Shown here one piece after another: positions 36,000 through 50,279 of a DNA stretch of 64,000 bases (its first letter is position 1; every line of letters begins with the position of its first letter). This DNA comes from Ruditapes philippinarum (lineage: Eukaryota): contig NW_026862398.1 of NCBI RefSeq assembly GCF_026571515.1, positions 1-64,000 on the forward strand. Reading direction: 5' to 3'. The translations under genes and the position numbers were made by a program. Under the pieces are notes generated by a model that was not told where the DNA came from, did no database searches, and was given only the letters and a program-made list of their open reading frames with translations.

Positions 36000-38810
36000 A
36001 TATCACATATTCAGCAGGTTAATGGTTGAAGTTGTCGCATATTTTAGGAGTAAATTAAACGTCTTTTCATCTATCTAACAGCTTATCTTTCTGATAATAT
36101 ATTTTTGTCACTTAATAATTGTTACCCTTTCATTTTCATACACTATTTGTAAAAAGGTAAAGGTAAAGGTCTTGTTTATTATAGTGTCACCCCTACTGAA
36201 AGGGCCAGCCATTTTGACTTATGAGACACCTTTTGGTTGCATACCATGTACCTCTCAATTCCTACCACTATGCCAGGCGCCAGGCTTTTATATGCTTTTT
36301 GCGGATGTTGCATATTGTTGTAAAGGTTGTTACGCAGTATATAACACATTGATTCTTTTCATAAAGTTTTGATTCTATAGTATGCCTCATTGAGAACTGA
36401 CTATTTTTATTAGATTGGTATTTTTTTCATTTAATTTTCATTTGACGAAAACCGTATATTTGTGTTTTTATTTACAAAAAGTGGCAGTTAAAATTTGTAC
36501 TATTTTATGTTTGAATTTATTCAATTTTATAAACACATGTATTGTTTCCATTGGGAGCCATTTAGCGACCATATTGTAACCTTACTCTATTCTTTAAACG
36601 TCAGTCAAGACTTTAACAAATCTAAATAGCTGGCTGTAGAGAGGCAAGGACATTGATGTGATACAATGCTTCTTATTGTTAGCATTGTGATAACTTCATG
36701 TCATGGCTTTACAAAATTCCATCTGAAAATGATGAGAAAATGAAAATAGCATATATAATATCAAATTGTTAACCTGTACTTCATGTATATCTTAAATAAA
36801 CACTACAATTAATTGAAGATAAATTACCAATATTGCCATGGTTAGGCGACAAAAAAACAAACAACTTAATAGTTTCAAGGTCTTGAAGAAACAAATGTTT
36901 GAAATATAGTTGTCTCTTATAAACTATTTGTCAATTTATATTTTATAGATACACAAAAGTAAATCTGGGAATAATCTGTTTCGATTAACTGAGCAGTTGT
37001 AAATATAAAAAATAGCGAATATTATCCCTAACAAATCCAAGTTAATCATATGCCAAAGTATTCAAAATCTTGACAGAAAAAATCGTTTGCACTGTCTCAT
37101 AAATGGTTACAGTGAAATGTTAGTAAAAATGCCAGTGTTTTGAATGTCTCTAAGTTTTATTATATTGTGTTAGGAATTAACAATAAATGTTATGCACTGA
37201 AAGTTGAAACAATTTTCACCAGTTGAGAATTTAAAGCAGAAACCAGTTAGACGTTTCATACACGAACTCCGGCAATTAGCACCTAAATAAGCAAAACAAT
37301 ATGGTCTTATGACATTTTCGGGAGAAGCATATCTTGTTTATAATGTAAATATTGTCTAATAGATATGTTTTAGCAGTATAATTATATTGAATTTGAAAGT
37401 GCTGAACGCGTACCCAATTAAATTTAAAAAGACTCCACAAGTCATGCTTACAGGCTAATGTTTTGAAAGGTTTTTGTTCAAATAAGAGTATAATAAATAT
37501 ATCAGTATAAAGTTTGCATGCGATATTTGACGAGAGCTTAATGATTTACGAAAACTTTTGTGATCGAAATGTCTCATCAAGTGAAGTCAAATGCGTGTCT
37601 AATACGACAAATCTCATATATCATATTTGTATCAATGATTTTTATTTAATTTCTATAAAATCTTAAGTCAATGACTAGACGGTGTCGCTCTTTCGACAGA
37701 TTGAAAAATTAAAAGCGCATTATGTAATATTATATTGGTAATAAAATGTTGATTGTTGAATGACTGTCCAATTTAATCGTCTGAAATGCAATGATATGTG
37801 GTATATACACCTTTAATTATAAGATATCATGCTACATAACCGTCAGTCAGATAACACAGACGTTGTAGTTTATGGTGTTTTCATTGGCATAATTTGTTTA
37901 ATTTTTTTTTAAACAAGTATCAATTTCAATAAACGAATATTATTGACGAATATACATTTATCACATTTTGTATTTTGTTTACCGTCTTAAACATTGTAAA
38001 ATATTCAAGTAGTTAGACTGACAATCAAGTAATATACTGCACCCATTGAGTCATTCCATAATTCAGTTGCATGAGGAAAAACATGAAATAATGGTATAAT
38101 TTCATATTGTACACTAGTTTTTATATGAACTAATGTAGAAATTAAATATCCCAATTATTAGGCTACCAGATAGTTGTGTATTATTGCATTAATATTTTTG
38201 CTATAAAGGTGTGTTACAGAAAACATTTGATGACTAATTGTCACAAAAGAAAATCTGTCACAATTAGCATACCCAAAACTGTATTTAATCATGAATAAGT
38301 GTGTTTTGACAAAGATTACAGAAATATGATATTCATATTACGAAATGTCTAATCATTGTCAACAAAAGAAGGAGTGAAAATGTTTCTTACAGGTCACAAT
38401 GTCTTTTCTATTGGCTGACATGTAAATACAAAAATGTTCACAGGCTTTTCGGTTTTGTTTAAAAAACTGAGATTTATTATAAAAGACTTAATCATGATAT
38501 GCATTTGAATTAATAAAAAAATAATTCATCTTATATTGATTATATTAACATAATAAGAAATATATATTATAAGGTAATAATCAAATTAAGTTGGGTCATA
38601 TTAATACATTTATTGAACAAATTCTGACCTGTCATACAAATTAGCTGTAATAAAATTCATCACTTATTTTGCAAAGATGTTTGCACTTTAGTTGATGATA
38701 ACCAACAGTTTTATACATATGATATATACTCTCTGTTAAATATTTGTCTCTTTTACCTTTTATTTATTGTTGAATTTGGGCCGTCTCGTTTTTTAAAAAA
38801 GATTTTTTGT
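36000..38810 (+). pseudogene. Degenerate LRR/TLR-like remnants, second part of unit B3 (TM and TIR region largely deleted)
   Basis: FQGLEETNV (~36873), QSIQNLD (~37054) and LKVLNAYP (37393). Collinear with 42660-45090. Confidence 0.5.
36155..36290 (-). mobile_element. Very short LINE 3'-end insertion
   Basis: (aggtaa)n tail next to tttatt (AATAAA on the minus strand). Absent from the homologous site in B4 (~42800). Confidence 0.55.
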
Positions 38811-39858
38811 CTATAGACCTTTTTACAATAGGATTCTTCCATAGCAACCAATATTCGATTCGCGCATACGCATTCTGCGTAATTTAAATTTAAACAGCAG
38901 GGTGTTAAAGATTATATTTTATTACCCCTGTATTACATAATATTACACAATGTGTATTGTACACTTCCTTTGGATTTGCCAGGCGGTAAGTGTCAAACAG
39001 ATTGACACGCGATCGTGGATGTTTGTTTCCAGCTAGATATTGTATAAATATCATTCAACCGGGGAGTTTTGTAACCATGACATATTTAATCACGTACAAT
39101 TATGAAAATCGTAATTTAAGTAACTTTTATATATACCGATCTCATCAAAGTTTATTGATTTGTGAAGTGACAATTAGTGTGACTTGCATTAAAAAATATT
39201 AACATGTGTTCCGAGGAACCGGATAAAATGAGTGTTATTTCACTTCCCTTAAAGATTAAAAAAAATTAACTATTTAAAATATATTTATGTGACTTAAAAA
39301 TTATCATCACAGTCAAATAAAGGATGAAATCAGGTAAACTGAACACTAAAAATGCATTATCACCGGGCCTGTTCTGACTATTTTCAGAATGCTCGATTTT
39401 ATATGTTATAAAATTCATTTTATCTTTTTTATGAACTATTTCAACAAAACTTAGTTGAATCCCATTTGAATAAAAGATATAATTTCACATTTTCTTTAAA
39501 AAAATCTCAATGTCAGGTCCGTGACCGTAAGCGGGCCCACCGTAAGAGGGAATTCTTAAACAATTTCCTTTTCCATGCCTTTTTATGGCAATCTTGGCAA
39601 CAAAGCTATAAAGGAATCTTTTCTATCTTTGTTTAAAGCTATTTTATATAATTTTCTACCTTTTACCTTAAACTTACTCGGAATTGTCTAGGAACTTCTT
39701 CTATATGTCTATGTTAGACTAAGCATTTTTTGCCCTACGCAGTTTGCGCATGTGCGGGGAAATACTACTTCCGGTCGATTTTTCATAGCAACGGCCGCGT
39801 CGTTAAAATGTCTATTCTCAAACAAATTATTTTTTATGAATGGTAAAAGTCTTTATAG
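38810..39858. mobile_element. ~1.05-kb insertion between units B3 and B4 (probable non-autonomous DNA transposon)
   Basis: It interrupts sequence that is nearly contiguous at the B1/B2 and B2/B3 junctions (ttttgtctgta...taaaggcatatg). Imperfect inverted ends ctatagaccttttta / taaaagtctttatag. Confidence 0.6.
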
Positions 39859-39906
39859 AATAGTTTTTCTAAAGGCACATGGCCACAATAGGACATTTTT
39901 ACATTT

Positions 39907-42530
39907 ATGGAATTATACTTTGTTATAACGTTGTTTTCTATGTATGTGTATTTCACCCAGTTCTTCATTCCCCATAGATAGTCCCATTTATCAATGTAAT
40001 AACATTAACAGCAGACATTTTGTAATAAAACTATGTTATATCTTCCAGTATTGCCAAATATAGCTATTGTCGAAATTATAACCATGGGATTCTCCATCGG
40101 GAAGATACTTAAGCAGACAGATAGACGTGAAATGGTTCTTTTATTGAATCTTTAACGTTTGTGCTGTTATCCTTTGACAAATGGTATTGCTGTATATTTT
40201 AAGGCGTTAAAGACGTGTGCGTTAGTACAAATGTTATTCGAATACTTAGCACGAGAGGTAGTAGCAATGGTTAAATGGTACTAGTAATCATTTGGATGGA
40301 AAATATTCTATTATTATTGGATTTGACTAAACGACACCAACTGAAGCTTTGTAATTCTTTTTCATGGCTAACAAACCAAAAGGGAGCAGACAAATAAAAC
40401 AGTACTTGTAACCTTTCTTGCATTAAATCATTTTAGCTTTGGCGAAAAATATGGAAAATAATTTAAGAAAAATCTTGTCATTGTTTAGGCTAAACATCGT
40501 GTAATGATCAGCTTCAACGTTTAGTTAGGTGGTTATAGTTTGTACAAAGTCTTGTTGTGAATGCTGTTGTTTTGTTTTGCAATTTACCATATTTTCTCTG
40601 TATTATCAAAAAGTACGTAAAATTGTTTACTGACTAGTAAACAATTATTTCAGAATAATCGTCGTTCGTGTAACAAACGCCCGAGAAACAGGCATATATG
40701 ATATGAATAATTTTTCATATAGACCTTTCGATTATTCATGCTGTGTACTAAAAAGGTACATAACGTAAATTTACAAATATATCTATTCATATGAAAATGT
40801 GTAATATAAAAGTAAAGATATTTATAAGAACTGAAGCAACTCGTTCTTCCTTATATATACAACTTGTAAATTGAGAAAGGAAAATTTTCAAATGTTATCC
40901 CCTTACTATGAGAATATCATTTTAAGAAGTAATGATATGTCCTCCAGTGAGACTCGTTTCAATAACATTTATGTCAAAATGAGTTTAGCCTTTTATCACA
41001 GAGTGTGCCAAGTGTTTTAGGATGCGAAGAAAGAGTATCAATGTACATTTGAAATTTAAGGTTGGCAAACATATTCAGTAAGATGTTCTAATAATGCGCT
41101 TTTACGGGGAAACTTTTGTTTGCCATGAAATATTCAATTAACTGTTTTAACAAATTATTTTGAATTTGAAACCTTAACTCGCAATTGGTTATTCAGGGAG
41201 CTTAGGTTATAATGTGCATGTCATTTGAAATAGCAAGTTTGAAATAATGTCCATGCCATTGGAGACATCAGTTCTCAACAAAATGTGCATGCTCAGGCTC
41301 TGCAACACTTTCAATTTTCCCGTTTGGGGAGTTCTTTGTGGATTTCGTTTTTTTCCTCGTTAAAATATTCTAAAAGGTTATGTTTTATAAAACGAGGCGT
41401 AAATTTGATGTAGATAAAACATTTATGATTATTCTTCACTTATGTGTACTGTGCAATTAATCATTTTTACACCAATATTGTATAGGGCATATGGCGACTT
41501 TCAGGCTTTACTGGTGGAGGAAGAACTCTGGTGCTTTTCTGTGCACGGCCAACGTTCCGTAAGCTAGCTGGATAGCTTCCTCATAGGAAAAAATCCAAAG
41601 TCCCTACCGAGATTCGAACTAACAGCGGTGAGGTGCAAGTGATTCGGAGTAAACGACCTTAACCACTAGGCCATGGATGCTGCATCAGTGCTGATGTACT
41701 CAATATATCTTACATACAATAATTTTAAAGCACGTACGAATCGTCCATATAAATCTGTTTAATATTCAAATTTGATATCAACATTTTTTCTTTTTAAATT
41801 TCATGCTTCCATAAAAGTGAGTGAAAATGCAACAAGACATTGTAAATGGCTTCTTGGTGGATATGTAAATAATGCTATCTTATAAAAACTTTTTCAATTT
41901 GTTTATCCTGTCTAAAATAACGCACAATAAGTTTGAGCTGCTTTTTCTTTAGATTAAGCGTACCAGTAACCTTTTGCAAGTTTGATAGACATTTGATAAG
42001 TTTACGATACAAATTAATACCATTATAGCTTCATTATGTCGAACAAAATCAGCCAAATTTCTTATTAAAGAGTAACATGATACAGATAAGGAATAAATTA
42101 AATAGAACGCAAACATCGACACAATTATTTAAAAACTTGATAAATAACATACAAAAATTGAAATAAATTACAATGCTGATACATAAAATACATGATTATA
42201 CTAAGGTGCATACACGAATGTTTTTCCTTAAAGAGATTTGATTTAATGAGGTTATTAGCAAGGCAGTTAAATACATGTAATCTGTAATATATTTGTTAAC
42301 TTTGTTATCACAATGTAAAAGAGGAATTCTTTAAATTCTTTAACGACGCTATACATGAGATGAAAAAATAGTTTTAAATCTTTGAATTAGGATAACCTTG
42401 GTCACCAAAAGTATGCTATGTTTAGAGATTTTGAAAAGCTCAGCCTAAATAAATTATATTCTATTTATAATGGCATTATTTTGTCTAATTTGAGTTTGAA
42501 TTAACAATATGTGTTTAGCCGAAGGTGATT
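39907..42530 (+). pseudogene. Degenerate TLR-like gene, first gene of unit B4 (best-preserved N-terminus)
   Basis: The ATG at 39907 opens MELYFVITLFSMYVYFTQFFIPHR*, and the same frame later reads FCNKTMLYLPVLPNIAI (40018, LRRNT-like). CNKTL*MASWW at 41828 (LRRCT), YKLIPL*LHY at ~42008, and GAYTNVFP*RDL at ~42205 (TIR box 2-like). Confidence 0.65.
41466..41680 (-). mobile_element. tRNA-derived SINE
   Basis: Minus strand: tggcctagtggttaagg (A box), gttcgaatc (B box), core gaggaagctatccagctagcttacggaacg, 3' part ttcctccaccagtaaagcctgaaagtcgccatatg. Confidence 0.88.
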
Positions 42531-45500
42531 GGCCATTGCCAGCAGTATAGAACTAGGTCAGTCTGCACCTAAATGCTGTTTGGCTAGGCTTTGTACTGTT
42601 TATAACCAATGTTTGTATTTTGAAATTTAATTGATAATTAAAATTGTATTCAAAATTCAAAACAGGGCAAATCTATGACACAGATTCAGCAGGTTGGTGA
42701 TTTAAGTTGTCTCATATTGAGTCGTAAATTAAAAGTATTTTCATATATGTAATAGATTGATCTTAATTAAGAATAATCCTTTCTTTTTCATACAACATAT
42801 TGTGAATGCTTTTTGCGGTTGTTGTATATTGTGGTAAAGGTTCTTTAGCAGCACATAACACACTAATTCTTATCGCAATATTTTGCTTTAAGTTAGGTTC
42901 TATAACATATCATTTGAAACTGACCATTTTTGTTAGATTGGTATTTGTTTTTCATTTAATTTTCATTTGACGAAAACAGGTTTTTGTGGTTGTTTTAATT
43001 TTACAGAAAATCATTTAATTTGTCTTGTTACCTTTTATAAAAGAAGTGGCAGTTTGAATTCTTTTAATTTTATGAACCCATTTATTGTTTCCATAGGTTA
43101 AACTTGGTAGTCATTTAGCGTTCATTCTGTTACCTTACTCTACATATTCGTAAGTCAATATTTTAGCAGATCTCGAGAGCTTTAGATTGAGACCAACAGA
43201 ATGTAAAAAAGATAAGTGTATATCACTCGTTTTGATTGACTTTGAATTTACATGAGAACAATATGATAAATGTTGTTTTTAGCATTGTTATATCTTCAAA
43301 CCACTTTTTTTTCAAACTTTCATCTGAAAATGATACGAAAATGAAAATATCAAATATAATATCAAATTGTTCGCTTGTACTATATCTAAACACGATAGTA
43401 TATTGAAGATAAATTACCAGCATTGCCAAACAACTTAATATTTTCAAGGTCTAGATGACACAAATGTTTGAAATATAGCTGTCTCTTTTAAACCATTCGT
43501 CAATTTATTTTTTATGGATAAACGGAAGACACATCAAAAATAAATCTGGGAATAATCTGTTTTCGATTAACTGAGCAGTTGTAAATATAAAAACAGCGAT
43601 TGTTATCCCCAATAAATCCAAGTTAATCATATGCCAAAGTATTCAAAATCTTGACATTTCACTGTCTCGTAAATGGTAAGAATAAAATTTAACCACTTTA
43701 ATATTGATACTGGTGTTTGAATGTTTCAAAATTGTATGTATATTCTGTTTAAAATTAACCAGAAATGTGCACAAAAAAATGTTGATATAAATTTACCAAG
43801 TCGATGATTTAAAGCAGAAAGTATTAAGACGTTCCATATAAAAACTGCGGCAATTAGGATTTAAAATAAGTCAGACAATGTGGTTTTATTACGTTTACGG
43901 GATGAACAAACCTTGTGTATATAGTAAATAATGTCTAATAGATATGTTTTAGTAATTTATATTTAAGTAAAAAATGCTGAACGCGTACCCTGTTAAATGT
44001 TTTAAATAATCCACAAGTCATGCTTACAGGCTAATATTTTGAAAGTTTTTGTTCAAACGAGAGTTTAATAAATATATCAGTGAAAACTTTGCATGCGATA
44101 TTTGACAAGAGCATATTGATTTACAAAAACTTTTGTCAACGAAATGTCTTACGTAATGAAATCAAATGCGTGTCTAATAAATCTAAATGTTGCATCAATG
44201 ATTTTTTCATTTCTATCAAATCTTAAAGTCAATGTCCAGACGGTGTGGCGATTTAGACAAATCGAAAAATTAAAAGCGCATTATGTAATATTATATCGGT
44301 AATAAAATGTTGATTGTTGAATAACTGTCCACATTAATGGTCTTAAAAACAATAATATGTGATATATATACCTTTAATTATAAGGTATCATATCCGTTTA
44401 GAAATAGAAAAGTTAAAAATGTTTTATTACATATGCAATAGTTCTAATCATCCGACATATTATTTTATTGATTAAAATTGACACATGTTTTTAAACCTGA
44501 ACTATTTTCTTGATACTATATTCAAGAAATGGGTTATATTGTCCCCAAGGGTTTGAGATATAAGGTTATTTACGAATATACATTTATCACATTTTGTATT
44601 TGTTTACCGTTTTAAACATTACAAGTATTCAGACTGAGGATTAAGTAATATACTGCACCCATTGAGTCATGTCATGATTAAGTTGCAAGAGGAATAAACA
44701 ATAAATGCGTAATATTATAATGTACAAAAGTTTTTATATAAAATAATGTAGATATTAGATATCCCAATTATTAAGTCACCAGTTGTGCATTATTGTATTA
44801 ATATGTTTACTACAAAGGTGTGTTACAGAAAATACATTTAAAGATGAATATAATCTGTAACAATTATTATACCAAAATAAAGTGGTTTGAACCATGAATA
44901 AGTGTGTTTTTTGACTAAGATTACAGAAATATGATATTTATTTTATGTAATACAGTATTACCTTGTATAATTTATTATTTATAATTTATTATCGTCAACA
45001 AAATAAGTATTGAAAATGTTTCTTCAAGGTCAAACACTTCTTGTCTGTTGTTTAACACGTAAATACAAAAGTGTTCACATGCGATTTGGTTATTAAATAA
45101 AAAAAAAACTGCCAGTGAAATCGGCCACGTGATTCAATGATTTTCATTTTAAACGCGCTGTACTTTTTATTAAAAAAAATGTAACGAAATAAAAAATTGT
45201 ATATAAAAACTTAACTTAGGTATCCTGAAACCATGTGTAGTAAAACGATTACAAATCCGACAATTACCGACAAAAGGTCATTGAATATTCAAATGTCTCT
45301 GGTCAATTTTGCCAAACAATATCACACGTGATGCGTAATACTATCAATATCTGTGGTAGCATATTTTCCATCATAGACACATTCATTTTAAATTTCCTTT
45401 TTGTTTTTAATTAAAATGTAAAAACCATTGATTTAAATATAGTAAGCAACTACGGTACATGTTGCATGCATATAGTTCTAATCTTTCAAGTATATTGCTT

Positions 45501-45544
45501 TGCGGACGTTTTGTGAATTTATAACTGGACTAATGTTTATCTTC

Positions 45545-45705
45545 TTGCTATGGGTTCGAATCCCACCACGGACTCGGATTCTTTCATGTGATGAAGCTAT
45601 CCAGCTAGCTTACGGACATCGATAGTTCTATACAGCTTCCTTTTCGTGCGCGGAAGAGCACTTCACCAGTAAAGCTGCAAAGTGTTAATGTGACGTTTTA
45701 ATGTC
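45545..45705 (+). mobile_element. Truncated SINE of the same family as 41466-41680
   Basis: gggttcgaatccc, ggattctttcatgtgatgaagctatccagctagcttacgga and caccagtaaagctg. Confidence 0.8.
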
Positions 45706-47304
45706 TTAAAACTAATTAGGACTTTGCATGTACTAATTTGTAGTTTGAAAGAAATAAAATTCTTATTTGTTTTTTGTTTGTATAAAACCCCAATTAGAAG
45801 TTACAAAATTAAAATTAGGTTTTTTAATTAGTTCACTAGTCAATATTAAGATTTTATATCTCAACTTCTTATAATATTTTTTGTTTCTAGTTGAAAGCCT
45901 TTCAATACTCCTTATTAAATTACTTAGTTGTAATTAGGTTTATTTCTCCTAATTATAAGTAAAAAATACTTATTAATTGTAATTGGGAGTTGTAATAAAC
46001 TTTTTATCTCTCGTTTTTAAAAAAAAAGTTTCAAAGTCCTAATTAAGCTTTTATATTCCTTATCAAGAATTTAAATTTTTTTCAAGACCCTTAATATTTT
46101 GCACAGCAAAACACTTTTAAAGACGTTGTCATTTATTAGAGATTTTCGACCGTGCGACCACATACACGCATCAGAGTATTCCCCTTCTCTAAGGAGAATA
46201 GGACAAAGAAGTGTCCACCCTTTTAATTAAGGACAGACTTTAAAAATATGCCATTTCCTTATTGCTATTGATAAGGAGGCTTTTTTTTAAAGATATGTAT
46301 TGTTATATTTTTGCAGAATCTGAACGTTTCAAAAACGTTTATTATGCATTAATTTTGGTAGATACATTTCACACTTTATTGGCAAATATTATCCTGGGGG
46401 GGGGGGGGGCTTTTTTGCCACAAAAACATATTTAATTTTGATATTCGACTTAACCTACTTGTAATGGTAAAAAAGTAATGGGATGGACGGCAAGAAAATA
46501 GTACATAAAACTTGAGCAGCCGACAATTCTGACACCTGTAAGACCTAACCTGCTGAATTTGTAAAATGCTCTTGCTCTTTTTGGAGAGCTGTCTATCAAT
46601 CTTTGAATATCAAAATTTAGTCAGGCGATTCATGCTGCCTGGCTTACATCTTTACTGGTTAATTCATACCTCTATACTGGTAAATTCATTTCTGTTCTGT
46701 GTAAAGATACAGTGAAAGGTACAGTGTTGTTAGCAGTTGTCATATTCATTAATTTTTAAACTACACAATTGCTTTTGATGTCAAAGTGTACACAAATTCT
46801 ATTATACAGTTCTCAATCTGCCTGATTGTCTATGTAAATATAGCATATGCCTTTAAACTTTCATTTTTTTATGTTTTTCTCAATATGGAAACATTATCAA
46901 TGCGAAGAAACAATTTCTAATGACACACAGTAAACGTAATTTCGAAACAAATATAACGAAGTCAATCAATTCAATGTCATTACACATTACATGAAAATAT
47001 AAAAAACCCCATCCCTACGTCTATATACACTGTGTAACCTAACTGATTACTTACTCACATACATGGGAAAATTTGGTCGTAGCTGATTTTGTTTTGTCCT
47101 GTAACTGCGTGACAATAATTTTTTTTAACCAATCATTTTGTACATCACAGCCTGATAGATAGCTAGTTTCCAGATCACTTACATAACATTAATATTGACA
47201 TAATACGAGTTGTTAAATATAAATTTAGAAAAACGGTAGTGTTGTAAAGAAAAATGGTGTGACATTTTAACGTCATCATTAGACTTTTAATGCAAAATAT
47301 TTTG

Positions 47305-47400
47305 ATACATTTAGCGGCGGTTGCGACATTTAGCGAAAACGGTGCGACATTAAGCGACAACTGCGACATTTAGCGGCGTTGCGACTGATCACGGTGCCAC
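47305..47400. mobile_element. Transposon terminus with ~20-bp subterminal tandem repeats
   Basis: gcgacatttagcg-type motif repeated four times, ending cggtgccaca near the end of the B4-specific insertion cluster. Confidence 0.5.
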
Positions 47401-48312
47401 AATGTGCTTAAACATTTTAATAAGGTTCCACTCTAATATCGGGTAGTAGTGAGGAATGAAAAACATGTTATATTTAATCATGTAAATTGAGGATCATTTA
47501 TGGTCTTCAATAGTACTTTGCAGCTCATATATAACCGTACAAGTATTGTTATTGAGATAGTGTGTGACACTCTATTGTGCCAATGTTCAACTCCATATAA
47601 TTTATTCTTTTCGTAATAAAAGGTGAAAAGAAAATATGTTTGCTGACCATCAGATAAAACCCATCTTTATCTGATTCTCTTGATGATTATAATATAACAC
47701 TTTTATGTTCTTTCATTTTTTATAAGTTTGTAAAGCAAATATAGTCATGGATTTAACGTGAGAGAAAAGTTAAAAACGTGATTCAATTTTACGTTCTGTG
47801 TGCTTTGATAGACCTTTTCTTCCTTAACCTATTGATGCTCAATTTATACTACATGTAATATATATGCCTAATCAAATTTGTATTCAACAAACAAAATATT
47901 TACATATAAGAAAAGGATAATGAATTACGACGAGTATTTCTGAACGTCTGCTTTTGTTGTCGATAGTGATTGAAGAGTTGATAAAATAGAGCCAAAGTCA
48001 CAAGATTTATGTTGCCTTGAATTTCAAATTTACAAAGAGAAAATTAAAAATTAATACGCTTGATGATAAGGTTTTGTTGCGATAATTATATCATTTAAAT
48101 CACTGAGATGACAGTGTTCAAAAGTTTGTGTAGGTAAATCATGTGGTATTAGTTCTTAATTTCTTTAGTTATTATGATCAGTCGCTGTGAAATTTGTTGA
48201 TATCAATAATTTTAGGATAGAAATATTCATATGGAAGTCAATGTTTTTATAAATTCTAACTTAAAATATATCATTTATACTTTTATTCAGCTTCATTACA
48301 TAAGAAATGAGT

Positions 48313-48355
48313 TTACTTACTTACTTGCTTACTTACTTACTTGCTTACGTGCTTA

Positions 48356-48389
<34 letters not shown>

Positions 48390-48395
48390 TACTTA
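48313..48395 (+). repeat. Compound (TTAC)n/(TTGC)n microsatellite
   Basis: Directly visible; it explains ORF 48231. Confidence 0.95.
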
Positions 48396-50279
48396 ACTAA
48401 CTATAAACTTCTTTAAAATGCTTCACAAGTTTCCATGTATAGCAAAAGGCATTCGCTTTGCAAAACGAAAAAAACACATCATTTTGTTTCTTTTGCTAGA
48501 TTTTTCAAACAAAAATGTTTTCAATTATGTTGTGCAATAATGACATGTCACGATTTCAAAGAGCACACCAATCAAATCCTTATTGAAAATGTAATATGTT
48601 ATGAGATGGCACAACATGTTCACAGCGATTTCACATGAACATCGTAATGTAATCATCATAAATTTAAAGTACCAAATAATCATCGTAATATTTACTTTCT
48701 TACTTGAAATCTTTCTCTATCATCTTACAATCTAGATTTATTAACATATCAGAAGAACGTTTTACGTTGAATTAGTTGCACCCTACTCGTTTGAAGTATC
48801 TTTATTTCTGCACTTGGGGTTGCCGATATAAATCTTGTTTTGACAAATAAGGTCATGTGAATTCGAATTAATTGCAAGGCATAAATAATTATTGTAATAT
48901 TAAAACGAGTATACGAGTACAATTCATTGTAGTAAATCTAAAATGGCGTAATTTTTAAAATATGTTAATACACTGCACAATGTTTTCTATATTATTCAAG
49001 CATTTAAAGATGATATAGTTGCAACAATGCTCCCTTTTATCGTATAAAATGTTATGAAAAAGGAAGAAGAAAGAATTGTTGAAACATTGTTTAAATGACA
49101 CTCTCTAATGTTGACATCTACTGCATGTCACCAAGTCATCATTATATTTGCTCTTTTACAAATTCAATTTTGTTGATGTTGAAAATGTTCTTTGTATATA
49201 TGACATAAATCATTTGATTGAGTATCCGGAAACAAACAACTTTTTTTTTTGAGAGGAAATAAAGAAATATTGAAATAAACAAAGAGGTCCTGACGTTTAA
49301 AAGATAATGACAAGAAAGAACATAAATACATTCACATATCGGTCCTCTTTTCATGCATATGTACCATTTGATACTTTATTGGTATTAAACTCACAAAAAA
49401 TGTGACATCATTTTAGTTGATGCTTCTTTTCTTTCTGCATGTTACACAATCTGAATACAGCTGTTTTAAAATTCAAATTCGTGCAAAACGTGTTTGATAT
49501 AAACTATAACTTATGTTGATTAATTTACATAATAAGAAGTTATAAATAACAAATTTCAATTAAATCAATGTGGGTGTCGCAAACTTATCAATGTTATTGC
49601 TTATTTCAGTTAACAGCTTCTGAAATGTCGCACATGTTATCTTAATTAAATAGCAATATGAATGATACTAAACCTGACTCTGCATTTCCGATTGTAATCC
49701 CTCTGGTTTAATTTGTAACTTACATCATTAAAATAAATAATAGGCTCTGACGGAAAGTAATTTAAATGGTAATAACGTGCAGTTATATTTCATAAAGTCC
49801 ATTTCTCATACGTATAACGCTTTAACAATAAACTATATCACCTTGTCCTCAAATCTAAAATCAATTGTTACAATAATGATAATATTGTTCTTAACAATAT
49901 ATTAATATTTGGAACTGTTGGCTATTAAATAAGAATCGAAAGTTTCTCTGATAATGAAGAATGGTTTTGTCCATTCACAATATATATTGTGTTAAGGAAT
50001 AACTGATTTAAATAAAGCGACAGTACGAAATTATCATTACAAATTATACATTTTAAACCTTATCTAGCTATGACCATTATTGTGATAGTTTATTATTTCT
50101 TTTCTGCAAAAACAACAACAACAACAACAACAAACAAACAAAAACAAAACATAGAAAAACAAACAAACAAAAGAAAAAACAATATATATTCTTTACATAA
50201 TACTGGACTTAATATAATCGATGTATTACTAAAAGTCTTGTATTACTACTCATTACTTAAATTACATTTCAAAAAAAAA

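Larger units (their letters stand above)
42660..49650 (+). pseudogene. Degenerate TLR-like remnants, second part of unit B4, split by a transposon cluster at ~45100-47500
   Basis: FQGLDDTNV (43442), QSIQNLDIS (43635), KLHPTRLKYL (~48775, approximate) and TM start IVATMLPFIV (~49015). Confidence 0.5.

Noticed and set aside
37520-37545. TGA conserved in three copies as selenocysteine, or a variant genetic code rescuing the TLR frames
   Set aside because: All three stop codons and many frameshifts occur throughout. Inheritance of a lesion or a wrong frame is simpler.
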